A stretch of 64,000 nt of DNA from Candidatus Calescibacterium sp. (GTDB lineage Bacteria; DRYD01), in assembly GCA_025059235.1 (NCBI GenBank), contig JANXCV010000001.1, positions 207,204 through 271,203 on the forward strand. Reading direction: 5' to 3'. The notes under the pieces were generated by a model. It was given only the letters and a program-made list of their open reading frames with translations, searched no databases and was not told where the DNA came from. Positions 1 to 9,217 of this stretch are shown one piece after another. Positions within the stretch are counted from its first letter, which is position 1, and each line of letters begins with the position of its first letter. Both the position numbers and the translations under genes were made by a program.

Positions 1-883
1 TATGGGTGTGTCCCCATGGGAAGAGTATCATATTTCCATAGCTATGGAGGTCTATAACTGCGTTTATTTTGTTTTCTTGGGTGTATTTTTCGATGGCTTG
101 TATTTCATTTTCACTTTTGCCGTATGGTCCTCTGTAGGTATCTGAATATGGGTTATCGCTTGCTCCATAGTCATCCAAAGTTGAATCTGGTTTATCGTTT
201 GCAGGTCTATATAACTCTGGATTTTTGTCCGTATAGTAGTTTCTGTTTAGATCTACTCCAATTGCTTTTTCTGTTGGTTTTCTGTTTTTTCTCCACCAAC
301 TGTAGGTTTTGAGTGAATACTCATAACCGTCAGGGTTTACGACGGGTATGATATGCAAAACGGTATTATCCAGTAAGTTTTTGACTTCCTGATTGGTATC
401 ATACTGTTCTAGTAGTTTTTCTGCTATATTAAGTGCTGATTCTGCTGTTGCCCACTCTCTTGCATGATGTAAACCCGTAATCAATAAACTTTTCTTATCT
501 TCTTTGTTGGATGTAGATATTTTGATAGCCACTATATCTCTTCCTTCGTGTGTTTTACCTATGTATTCAACTTTTACTTTGTCCAGATATTTTTCCTGTA
601 GTTTTTTGATAGATTCAAGGATTTGGTTGTAATCTCTTATGAAATCTTTTCTTAGATTGTCTAGTAAAGACTGCTTGAATTCTTTTATTATTTCGTTTTC
701 GTTCAGAATAGTATTGTTGCGCTTACTTTTTTTAAGTATAACCTCGTCGTTTTTAATCAGAAAGTCTTTTATTTCTTGATTGGAAATTATTTTGTTTTGA
801 TTTTGATCTATTTCTTGTGCTATGTGATTGTATTTAGGAGGGATTTTAGCTATTTTACCATCTATTCTGAGTATGTAAGTCAT
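1..883 (-). CDS. M14-family zinc carboxypeptidase (partial; C-terminus lies beyond the window start)
   Basis: Not in the supplied ORF track because it runs off the window edge. My translation of the minus strand from ATG 883-881 stays open to base 1: MTYILRIDGK...SLLITGLHHAREWATAE...LHIIPVVNPDGYEYS...SWWRKNRKP...IGVDLNRNY...NAVIDLHSYGNMILFPWGH. The HxxE zinc ligands and the NPDGY, WRKNR and DLNRN motifs are those of carboxypeptidase A/T-type M14 peptidases. AGGAAA lies about 7 nt upstream of the ATG. Confidence 0.8.
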   Translation of the reverse strand, partial: MTYILRIDGKIAKIPPKYNHIAQEIDQNQNKIISNQEIKDFLIKNDEVILKKSKRNNTILNENEIIKEFKQSLLDNLRKDFIRDYNQILESIKKLQEKYLDKVKVEYIGKTHEGRDIVAIKISTSNKEDKKSLLITGLHHAREWATAESALNIAEKLLEQYDTNQEVKNLLDNTVLHIIPVVNPDGYEYSLKTYSWWRKNRKPTEKAIGVDLNRNYYTDKNPELYRPANDKPDSTLDDYGASDNPYSDTYRGPYGKSENEIQAIEKYTQENKINAVIDLHSYGNMILFPWGHTH

Positions 884-982
884 TTTCATATTTCCTTTCC
901 TTTCCTTTTTTTGTTTTTTGAGATATGAGGTTCGTTGTTGGTTTTAATGGGGTATTTGTAAAAAAGATGTAAATTTTTGGGG

Positions 983-2369
983 TTATATTTGGAGTATGAT
1001 TTTGGCTACTGTGAAATATATGATTAGCCCTGTTGTGTCGACAAAGGTTGTTATAAATGGTGCGGACATTACTGCAGGATCTATTTTTAGTTTTTTTGCT
1101 ATTATGGGTAATGTTGATCCTACTGTTGTAGCCCAGATCACTATTAGAATCTGAGAGATCACTACTACGGGTATTATTCTCCATTCTATTTTGAGGATGA
1201 ATATTCCTATTGATAGGATGTACAGGAGTGCTATGATTCCTATTTGCATTCCCATTAGCAATGCTGTTTTCAATTCTTTTTTGAGTATGTATAGAAAGTC
1301 TTTTTCGGATAATTCGTTAAGAGCAAGTGATCTGAGGATAGTTACTGCTGATTGTGATCCTGAGTTCCCCCCAGTTCCTATAAGCAATGGAATGAAGAAA
1401 GATAGTTGAACATATTTTTCTATTGCTTCGCTGAAGGAGGATATGACATTACTTGTCAGGGAAGAGGCTAGGAAGAGAGCTATTAGCCATGTTGCTCTGC
1501 TTCAAAGCTAACTGAAACGGAGTAAGTTGAATATAAGATTCTTCAAACGATTGTACTCCACCTGTCTTGAGTATATCCTCGGTATACTCTTCAAATATCA
1601 CTTCGATAATGTCATCATGAGTTATTATTCCTAGAAGTTTGTTTGATTTGTCTACTACTGGTATGGCCAAGATGTTGTAGTCTTTTAGGATTTTTGCAAC
1701 TTCTTCCTTATCTGTATGGGCATCAACTTTTATTAGGTTTTTGGACATTATGGACTTTACTTGTATGTAAGGTTTAGAGACGACTAGTTCTTTTAGTGAA
1801 ATGACTCCGACCAATTTTTCTTCGCTATCCACTACGTAGATATAGTTCAAGAAATCGGGTAAGCTGTCTAGTTCGTTTTTTTTTCTTATGATTTCAAGTG
1901 TTTCTCCGACGGTATAGTAGGGGTATATTTTGAGAAAGCTTTTTGTTGTTAACCTCGCTGCTGTACTTTCTGGGTATTTGAGGTATTCCTCGATTTCGGT
2001 ATATTGACTGGGATCTAATTTGTGGAAGATTTGTTTTTTAAGGTCATGTGGTAGTTGGTCTACTATTTCTGCTGCTTCGTCTTCATCCAATTCGGTTATA
2101 ATCTGGATTATATTTTGTGGTTCTATTTCTTTTAGGATTTTTTCTACCAGACTATCATCCAGCTCGGTCAGTATTAAAGACGTCTTTTCTATCGGTAATT
2201 TCTTTAGAAAGGATTTGATTACTTCCCAATCCTCTATAGAGTTGATAGCTTTGGATATTATGGGGATATTTATTTCATCGAAGAAATGGGGATCGTATAT
2301 GAAATCGTAGTTGCCGGTATTATATGCGTTTAATATTGCTTCTTTAAGCTCATCTATTTTTCTTGTCAT
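983..2369 (-). pseudogene. mgtE: Mg2+ transporter MgtE with the reading frame broken by a frameshift located between 1452 and 1501
   Basis: ORF 1449..2369 encodes the MgtE N-domain plus tandem CBS domains (LVGVISLKELV, LLGIITHDDIIE). ORF 983..1387 encodes the MgtE membrane domain. On re-reading the junction, the downstream frame is open from 1501 and reads RATWLIALFLASSLTSNVISSFSEAIEKYVQLSFFIPLLIGTGGNSGSQSAV. That is the conserved R-x-x-WL...FIPL...GNxGxQ segment that normally follows the CBS pair directly. It is therefore one gene in two frames. There is no homopolymer at the junction. Confidence 0.75.
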
Positions 2370-2806
2370 TGAGAAGTTTTTTAAGAATTTTAGTTCTTAG
2401 TTTGTTTTTTATTAGGTAGAGTTTTATCGTTCTTGTAGAGAGTCCTTTTGTGTTTATCAGTAATGTTCTATTTTTGAAATTAAACATGACGAGTATAGGC
2501 TGGGTTTCGCTCTTTTCAGATAACCCCAAAAATCTCGTAAAAATATTCAAATAACTGTCTGATACATACCTGTACATTCTAATTTATTATTTCTATCTAG
2601 TTGATTTTATTTTCCTTCCATTTTTGAAGGATTTAGAAATAATCTCCAGAAGATATATAGGGATATGCAATAAAGGAATTTTTGCTAATAGGTATACACT
2701 AATGCAAAGGAACCAGAACTATTATCAAAAAGAAGTATCTTTGCAATAGTGCTTAAAATCTGGCTTTTGTTTCTGATATAGATCAAATGAAGATTTAGAT
2801 AATAAC

Positions 2807-5746
2807 ATGATAATAAAAAGATTGACGCTGTATAATTTTGGGAGTTATTTTAAAAAGACGACGATTGAGTTTCCGGAAAGTGGTTTCTTTTTGATCTCTG
2901 GTCCTACGGGTTCTGGCAAAACTACTATACTCGAAGGGATCTCGTTCGCTTTATTCGGTAGAGTTCCTCGCTACGGAAACTCACAAGAAGTACAAAGAGA
3001 ACTTTTAGCTAAAAATGAAGAAACAAGGAGACAAAGATTCAATCGAATGGAAGTAGAACTTGAATTCGTTCTTAACGATGAAATATATACCGTAAAAAGA
3101 ACCGTCGATTTCACTCTTAGGGGCGATAAACAAAATACTATTCAAAGAGTAGAATTAAGGAATTCCAATAAAGTCATTGCCGAAAAAGTAACAGATTATG
3201 AAAAAGAAATATCAAAAATATTTGGTATGGAATCAATAACTAAAGCATATAAAACTTTTACGAAAAGTATATTCTTACCTCAAAACGCTTTTGACACATT
3301 CCTAACACTCTTTTCAAAAGAAAAAAAAGATATTATCTTTGACCTATTAAACCTAAATATATACCTTAAATTGAAAGAAAAAATAAAACAAAAATTTCAA
3401 CAGCTGGAAAAAGGCAAAAGTATTCTAAAAGAACAAAAAGAATATGAAGAAAATACGCTTCAGAAAGAGGAGGAAAAAGTTAATCATCTCAAAAGCAAAA
3501 TTCCCAGCCTGAAAGAAAATATAGCAGAATTATCAGAAATTATCGAAAAAGCAAACAAAAAGGTAATAATCCTAGAAAACTTTGTAAAAAATCTCCTAGG
3601 AAAAGACAAAAATGTGATCCAGGAAACTATAGCCATACAAAAAGAATTGCAAAAAATACAAATTATTGAAGCAGAAAAATATCTTCCACAGATCAATGAC
3701 CTAGAAAAAAAACTATCACTTAATCACCTAAGGTTCGAATTACTACACCGAAAATATCTCGATATACAAAGAGAAATACAGAATCTAAAAAAACTGGATC
3801 TAAAGCTTCAGGATTATTTCGACGTAAAAAATCTTTTTCCTGATCTCAGAGTATATGATCTGATCGGAAAAATTATAGAGTTAAAAGGTAGGTTAGAAAG
3901 ACATCAAGAATCTTCCAGAAGAATATCCGAACTACAAGAAAAAGTAAACGAACTAACTCTCAAAATCGAAAAAATAAAACATAACATAGAAAAAATCCAA
4001 GATGATTTAGGTAAACTCGAAGAAGATGGAAAAGAGATAGATAAAGATATTGGAGAAAAAGAAAGTGAACTGAAAGATAAAAGACAAAAATTAGATTTAA
4101 AAAACAAGGTATTAGAAATACAGAAGGTTATCCATCATAAAAATCTAGATAAGTGCCTTGTATGCTATTCCGATATAACTGATAAAAACAAGACTCTGAT
4201 CCAAAAATCTCTAGAAAAAGGCAAAAGTAATATCCTAGAATCCATACAGAAACTAGAGAATCAAATAGAGATTTTAAAGGAAAAGAAAAAGCAACTAGCA
4301 AACGATATACTTGAAAATCAGAAAATACTAGCTACCAAGAACTCAGAAAAAGAACAAAAAGAGTATCAAATAAATCAATTAAAACGAGAAATTATAGATC
4401 AAGAAAAAATAATCAATGAAACCGCAGAATTCCTTAAACAAAATCAAGATCTATTAGGCAAAATTAAAAAAATGATATATACAATCTATAAACGGGAAGG
4501 AATAGATACCAAGATACTGGAAAAATTGGTAGAATACTTGAGAGATATTAATGCCTTATCTGGATTTGTCGAAAAAATAAAAGAATATATTGATATCCAT
4601 CCTGAGTTTGAATACTTGTCAGCCATAGAAGTAGAGGAAAATGCACTAAGAGAAGATTTTGAACGTCTAAATAACGGGGTAAGTAATCTAAATCAAACAA
4701 TCGAAGAGATTAAAAATTTACTTAGGAAATTCAAGATGGGCGATTGGGAATACATTCAAAAAACCATATCTAATGAACATTTTAAAAATCTTCACGAAAA
4801 GGCCTATAAACAATTCGAGAAACTATTTTCTATTTTCAAACATATAAAACAAAAATTAGAACTTACCGAATCACTAAAAGAAAAAAAACAAAAATTGCAG
4901 GATAATCTCAAAACTATTACTTTTTACACAAAGGAAATAATAGATTCGAATTTCAAACCTTTGGGAATTGATGAAGAAAAAGAAAGGAAAATCGTCAAAT
5001 GTATAGACTCATTGAGTTCTGTATTAAACGAGAAATTAGATGAGTCAAATCTAGAGAAAATATTGGATGAATATCAAAAACTTCGCATTTTTTGCCAAGA
5101 ATACAAAGAGGTAATCGATTCATATTCTAAAATCCTTTATGAAGTAAGAGTCTCATTAAATAATATAAACAATTACAAACAAAAAATCGAAGAGATTGAA
5201 AAGAAACTAAGAATTTATCAAGAAGAATACGAGATTCTAAACATACTACGAGAGGACTTCGAAGAAAATGAAAGAAGAAAAGAAAGAAGAAGCTTTCTAG
5301 ATTTTGTATATAACACTATTGTTGATATGATATCTCACAAAACAAATTCCATACTCAACGACCTTACAGAAGGAAGATATTCCATTAACTTCACAGACGA
5401 TCTGATAGTGATTGATAATTGGTATGGTACAGAAAGAAATATTAAGAGTCTATCTGGGGGAGAGAGGTTCTTGGCCTCCCTTTCAATCGCTATGGCAATA
5501 AGTGAACTCTTAAGCACTTGTAGATATCAAGTAAGAAGTATGTTTATAGATGAAGGATTTGGAACACTGGATGAAGATACTCTTAACTATGTAGTCGATT
5601 ACCTTGAAAATTATTTCTATAAACAATCAGACAAAGTTCTAGGAATAATAACTCATGTCGAAGAGATAAAAACTAGGTTTAATTATGTTATAAAGGTAAA
5701 CAAGACAAAAAATGGATCAGAAGTCCAAATTATAAGCAATATTTAG
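2807..5746 (+). CDS. sbcC: SbcC/Rad50-family DNA repair ATPase
   Basis: 979 aa. Walker [13 protein letters not shown] at the N-terminus. About 700 aa of K/E/L/I-rich coiled coil with a central CxxC zinc-hook-like motif (LDKCLVCYS). C-terminal ABC signature [12 protein letters not shown] and Walker [12 protein letters not shown]. No sbcD is adjacent. Confidence 0.8.
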   Translation: MIIKRLTLYNFGSYFKKTTIEFPESGFFLISGPTGSGKTTILEGISFALFGRVPRYGNSQEVQRELLAKNEETRRQRFNRMEVELEFVLNDEIYTVKRTVDFTLRGDKQNTIQRVELRNSNKVIAEKVTDYEKEISKIFGMESITKAYKTFTKSIFLPQNAFDTFLTLFSKEKKDIIFDLLNLNIYLKLKEKIKQKFQQLEKGKSILKEQKEYEENTLQKEEEKVNHLKSKIPSLKENIAELSEIIEKANKKVIILENFVKNLLGKDKNVIQETIAIQKELQKIQIIEAEKYLPQINDLEKKLSLNHLRFELLHRKYLDIQREIQNLKKLDLKLQDYFDVKNLFPDLRVYDLIGKIIELKGRLERHQESSRRISELQEKVNELTLKIEKIKHNIEKIQDDLGKLEEDGKEIDKDIGEKESELKDKRQKLDLKNKVLEIQKVIHHKNLDKCLVCYSDITDKNKTLIQKSLEKGKSNILESIQKLENQIEILKEKKKQLANDILENQKILATKNSEKEQKEYQINQLKREIIDQEKIINETAEFLKQNQDLLGKIKKMIYTIYKREGIDTKILEKLVEYLRDINALSGFVEKIKEYIDIHPEFEYLSAIEVEENALREDFERLNNGVSNLNQTIEEIKNLLRKFKMGDWEYIQKTISNEHFKNLHEKAYKQFEKLFSIFKHIKQKLELTESLKEKKQKLQDNLKTITFYTKEIIDSNFKPLGIDEEKERKIVKCIDSLSSVLNEKLDESNLEKILDEYQKLRIFCQEYKEVIDSYSKILYEVRVSLNNINNYKQKIEEIEKKLRIYQEEYEILNILREDFEENERRKERRSFLDFVYNTIVDMISHKTNSILNDLTEGRYSINFTDDLIVIDNWYGTERNIKSLSGGERFLASLSIAMAISELLSTCRYQVRSMFIDEGFGTLDEDTLNYVVDYLENYFYKQSDKVLGIITHVEEIKTRFNYVIKVNKTKNGSEVQIISNI

Positions 5747-8094
5747 TAATTGCCTAGATAATTTATTATTGTTGCTTCTTGAATTAGGGTTTCATTGAAA
5801 TCGCCGATTATAAGGGTTTCTCTTTCGTTTATAATTAAATTTTTCTTGCTTTTATCTTGCGAAAATAATCCAAAGTTTGAGTTTATCGATGATTTCAATT
5901 TTCTATCTTTTGGAATTATTCTGTTCTTTTCTGTGATGTTTTTACCCCGCTGTAAGTACTCTATATCTTTCAAGTTGATGTCAAGTATTCCACTTGTTGT
6001 AAGAAATATGATTTTGGTTTCAAACAGATCGTTCAGAGTTTCTGCGAAAAATATTTTATCGTTTTCTTTTAGTGATGCTATCTTAACTCCTTTGGTGTTT
6101 TTTGAGTATTCTGGTATTTCGTCTGGGTTGATTTTAAAAGCAAATCCGTTTTCAGTTATAACTAGTATGGTTTTCTGTTCTCCTATTGGTAAAACTTTTA
6201 TGACTTCGTCTTCTTGATCAAGTTTTATGTAGATACTTATCCTTGATATGTCCAGTAGTTCTTTAATGTTAATTGCCTTGACTATACCGTTTTTGGTTAT
6301 TATTACCACTTTTGAGAATTTCTGTAGTTTTTTGGGAAGTGCTAGGAATATGACTTTGGTATTATCAGAAGTTTTGTAGAACTTGGGGATAAAAATCGAT
6401 GAATCTATAAACTTTGATAGGTCAAATAGGGAATATTTTCCGTTTGAAAGGAAAACCAACAGCTTTTGTCTAGAATTGGCCTGTACTATTGAAGTCACAT
6501 AATTGTAATTACTTATATTACCAAAAATCTTTTCTGGCTTTGTATTCTCTTTGTATGAATAAAGATATCCGTTTGATAGCCCAAGGATTATCAGTTCTTC
6601 TGTTATCTGAGGTTTTTCTATTTTTATCTCTTTGAAATTATCTGAATGTGCTATTTCTGTCTTCCTTTCTCTACCGTATTTATTCTTTATCTCGAGTAAC
6701 TCTTTTTTGATGGTTTCTCTTAGTTTATTTTCGTTATCTAGTATTCCGGAAAGCTCTTTTATTTTTTCAGCTGTTTGATTGTATTCTTGTATTAGTTTAT
6801 TTATTTCTAGTTTGGTTAATCGATGTAGTTGTAGATTAAGGATATGTTCTGCTTGTTTATGACTTATTTGTAGTTCTGCTATAAGTGTTAGGAGAGCGGA
6901 TTCATAGTCTTGACTATTTTTAACTATTTGTATTACTTTGTCTATGTTTTTGGTTGCTTTTATTAATGCTTTGAGTAAGAAAGCTTTTTGTGAGTTCCTT
7001 TCTAATAACTCCTTCGTTCTTCTTATTACAACTTCTTTTCTATGATCTATGTATTTTTTTATTAGCTCTATTATTGAGTATTGCTTAGGTATGTGTCCAT
7101 CTACTGCTATAAACGAGCAGTAGAAGGTTGTTCTGTACGAGGTGAAATTTTTGAGATAGTTTATTATACTATTTTCGTTGTAAGGTTGCTTTAGTTCGAG
7201 TAAGATTTTTATTTCTTTGTTATTACTTTGATCTATTACGTCTACGACGTCTGTGAGTTTTTTTTCTTTTATTGCCTCGGCTATTTCTTTTACCAGTTTG
7301 GCTTTGTTTACCGAGTAGGGAATTTCATATATGACAAGATAATCTTTTTTCTGAATATTTTCTATTCTGTATTTACCTTCTATTTTGAGTATACCTTTAC
7401 CTGTTTGGTAGATTGATTTTATTATTCTTGATGTGTATACTACTCCTCCTGTTGGGAAGTCTGGACCTTTAATTATCTCAAGTACTTCTTTGACGGAAGC
7501 TTTTGGATTTTCTAGTAGAAGTATACAGCTGTCTATTACTTCATTTAGGTTATGAGGGGGTATATTGGTTACCATTCCTACTGCTATTCCTGTGGATCCG
7601 TTAACTAGAAGGTTTGGGAAAGCTGAAGGTAAGACAGCTGGCTCTTTAGTAGAATCATCAAAATTAGACCTGAAATCTACTGTGTTTAAGTCTATGTCTT
7701 TTAGCATCAGTGTTCCTATTTCTGTGAGTTTTGCTTCTGTGTATCTGTAGGCTGCTGGTGGATCACCGTCGATTGATCCAAAATTGCCTTGACCCCATAC
7801 TAAGGGATAAGCTAGGGTAAAGTCTTGGGCCATTCTCACCAGAGCTTCATAGACTGAACTATCTCCATGTGGATGATACTTTCCCAATACTTCTCCAACT
7901 ATACTTGCACACTTTTTGAATTGAGAATTCGGAAGTAAATTCATCTCATACATAGCAAAAAGTATTCTTCTTTGAACTGGTTTCAAACCGTCTCTGACTT
8001 CAGGTAAAGCTCTTGACAATAGTACACTGAGCGAATAATCTATGTAGCTTTCTTTTATTTCATCTACTAAGTTTGTCTCGATTATCTTTGTCAT
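5743..8094 (-). CDS. Type IIA topoisomerase subunit A (GyrA/ParC family; ParC-like because no GyrA-box is visible)
   Basis: [39 protein letters not shown], and the active-site tyrosine context [12 protein letters not shown], followed by a coiled-coil and a beta-pinwheel-like C-terminal domain. I could not find a QRRGGKG-type GyrA box at the start of that domain. I prefer ATG 8094 over the track's GTG 8103. ATG 8094 forms an ATGA overlap with the stop of the upstream ORF. Confidence 0.85.
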   Translation of the reverse strand: MTKIIETNLVDEIKESYIDYSLSVLLSRALPEVRDGLKPVQRRILFAMYEMNLLPNSQFKKCASIVGEVLGKYHPHGDSSVYEALVRMAQDFTLAYPLVWGQGNFGSIDGDPPAAYRYTEAKLTEIGTLMLKDIDLNTVDFRSNFDDSTKEPAVLPSAFPNLLVNGSTGIAVGMVTNIPPHNLNEVIDSCILLLENPKASVKEVLEIIKGPDFPTGGVVYTSRIIKSIYQTGKGILKIEGKYRIENIQKKDYLVIYEIPYSVNKAKLVKEIAEAIKEKKLTDVVDVIDQSNNKEIKILLELKQPYNENSIINYLKNFTSYRTTFYCSFIAVDGHIPKQYSIIELIKKYIDHRKEVVIRRTKELLERNSQKAFLLKALIKATKNIDKVIQIVKNSQDYESALLTLIAELQISHKQAEHILNLQLHRLTKLEINKLIQEYNQTAEKIKELSGILDNENKLRETIKKELLEIKNKYGRERKTEIAHSDNFKEIKIEKPQITEELIILGLSNGYLYSYKENTKPEKIFGNISNYNYVTSIVQANSRQKLLVFLSNGKYSLFDLSKFIDSSIFIPKFYKTSDNTKVIFLALPKKLQKFSKVVIITKNGIVKAINIKELLDISRISIYIKLDQEDEVIKVLPIGEQKTILVITENGFAFKINPDEIPEYSKNTKGVKIASLKENDKIFFAETLNDLFETKIIFLTTSGILDINLKDIEYLQRGKNITEKNRIIPKDRKLKSSINSNFGLFSQDKSKKNLIINERETLIIGDFNETLIQEATIINYLGNY

Positions 8095-8800
8095 ACTACC
8101 CACGTCAATAGATCTTTTAGCCTTTTCTTATAGATAGGTTTGCTTGCTATTAGGTGTCTGTATTTGTTAAAAATAGAACTTGCTATTTTTTGATTTGGTA
8201 CTGGTTTATATTCTTCTTTCCAGTTGTTAAAATACATAGGTATGAAGTTTGTATGCATTTGTCCTTTAACTGGCATAAATTTTTTTTCTGGATCTTCTGT
8301 AGTTATTCTGTATTCTATTGAGTGTCTGTCGAAGTTTACATATTCTGTCATTTTGCTTCTGAAAGCTGTGTTATACTGGAGCTCAACTAGATCAAGACCG
8401 ATTATCATTTCAGTTATGAGATATTCTCTTGTAAGCTGGTGTTTACTTCTAAAAAGTGGGGTTTGTTGTTTTTCGATATAAATTCTACTAGTGTAGATGC
8501 TTCTTCTATTTTCTTTTGATTTCTTCTCTGTATTGAGTACTCTGTAATGTTCAGGTGTATGAAGTTATGGTAGTGATCTCCAAATATTTGGGCTTTTATG
8601 TGTCTTGGATTTTCAAAGAATTTTTCTAGGTAGATTGAGTCGTCTTTGAATGCTATAATGTTGTTATCTTTGCATGCTTTTGAGAATTGATAGTTTTCTA
8701 AAAGGGTATGTCGTAAATTGTAGCTTTCATGAGCTAGGGAATGCTCTCTATTTTTATCGACTTCCGATTCTACTTTGTCAGCTATTAGGAATTTCTTCAT
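8091..8800 (-). pseudogene. accC: Relic of biotin carboxylase (AccC-like), internally deleted and frameshifted
   Basis: ORF 8414..8800 contains YLEKFFENPRHIKAQIFGDHYHNFIHLNITEYSIQRRNQKKIEEA and FLEVNTSLQENIS. ORF 8091..8408 contains IIGLDLVELQ...HSIEYRITTEDPEKKFMPVKGQM. These align with the AccC blocks YxEKYxENPRHxEIQ...ERDCSxQRRHQKxxEEAP, FIEMNTRIQVEHPVTE, TGxDLxxxQ and HAxECRINAEDP. The two ORFs total only about 233 aa against about 450 for AccC. The glycine-rich ATP loop is missing, catalytic positions are substituted (ERDCS -> ITEYS; NTRIQVEH -> NTSLQENI), and the two pieces are in different frames. Confidence 0.75.
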
Positions 8801-8886
8801 ATGTATTTTAATTCTTCAAATAATGTTTTTAACCTTGTTATTGATGTAGGGGAGATTCGATGTGGTATAGAAAATATATAAGAGGT

Positions 8887-8977
<91 letters not shown>

Positions 8978-9217
8978 CTTCCCATTCCCACTACTCATCA
9001 TCCCCATGGTATTCAAAATAACCAACTCCCACCTTTCCTACTTCAAAATATCATCCAATAGCAAAATACTACCCAAATATCTCAAAACCATAGAAAAAGC
9101 CTTCTATAAAATCTTGAACAGAAAAATAAAAATAACAATAAAGGAAGACAATTAGAAGTTGTCAAAATAAAAATATAGCCAAATTTTAGTAATTCTAGTG
9201 TGGTAGGTGATAGCTAG

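Noticed and set aside
2350-2577. 75-aa minus-strand ORF upstream of mgtE with a vaguely HTH-like GLSTRTIKLYL segment; also a possible M-box riboswitch in the same leader.
   Set aside because: The ORF overlaps the mgtE start, has no RBS and has composition typical of random AT-rich frames, so the HTH resemblance is too weak. For the M-box, I could not find the conserved blocks (GUUAGGUGAGGC..., ...CUAAAGCUCUACG) on the mgtE strand. The only UUAGGUAGAG-like string is on the opposite strand.
2807-5746. SbcC-like ATPase as the core of an anti-phage system (Lamassu, Wadjet or Gabija-like SMC/ABC ATPase).
   Set aside because: There is no adjacent nuclease, kleisin-like or effector gene. The CxxC hook plus signature and Walker motifs fit ordinary SbcC, and the flanks are housekeeping.
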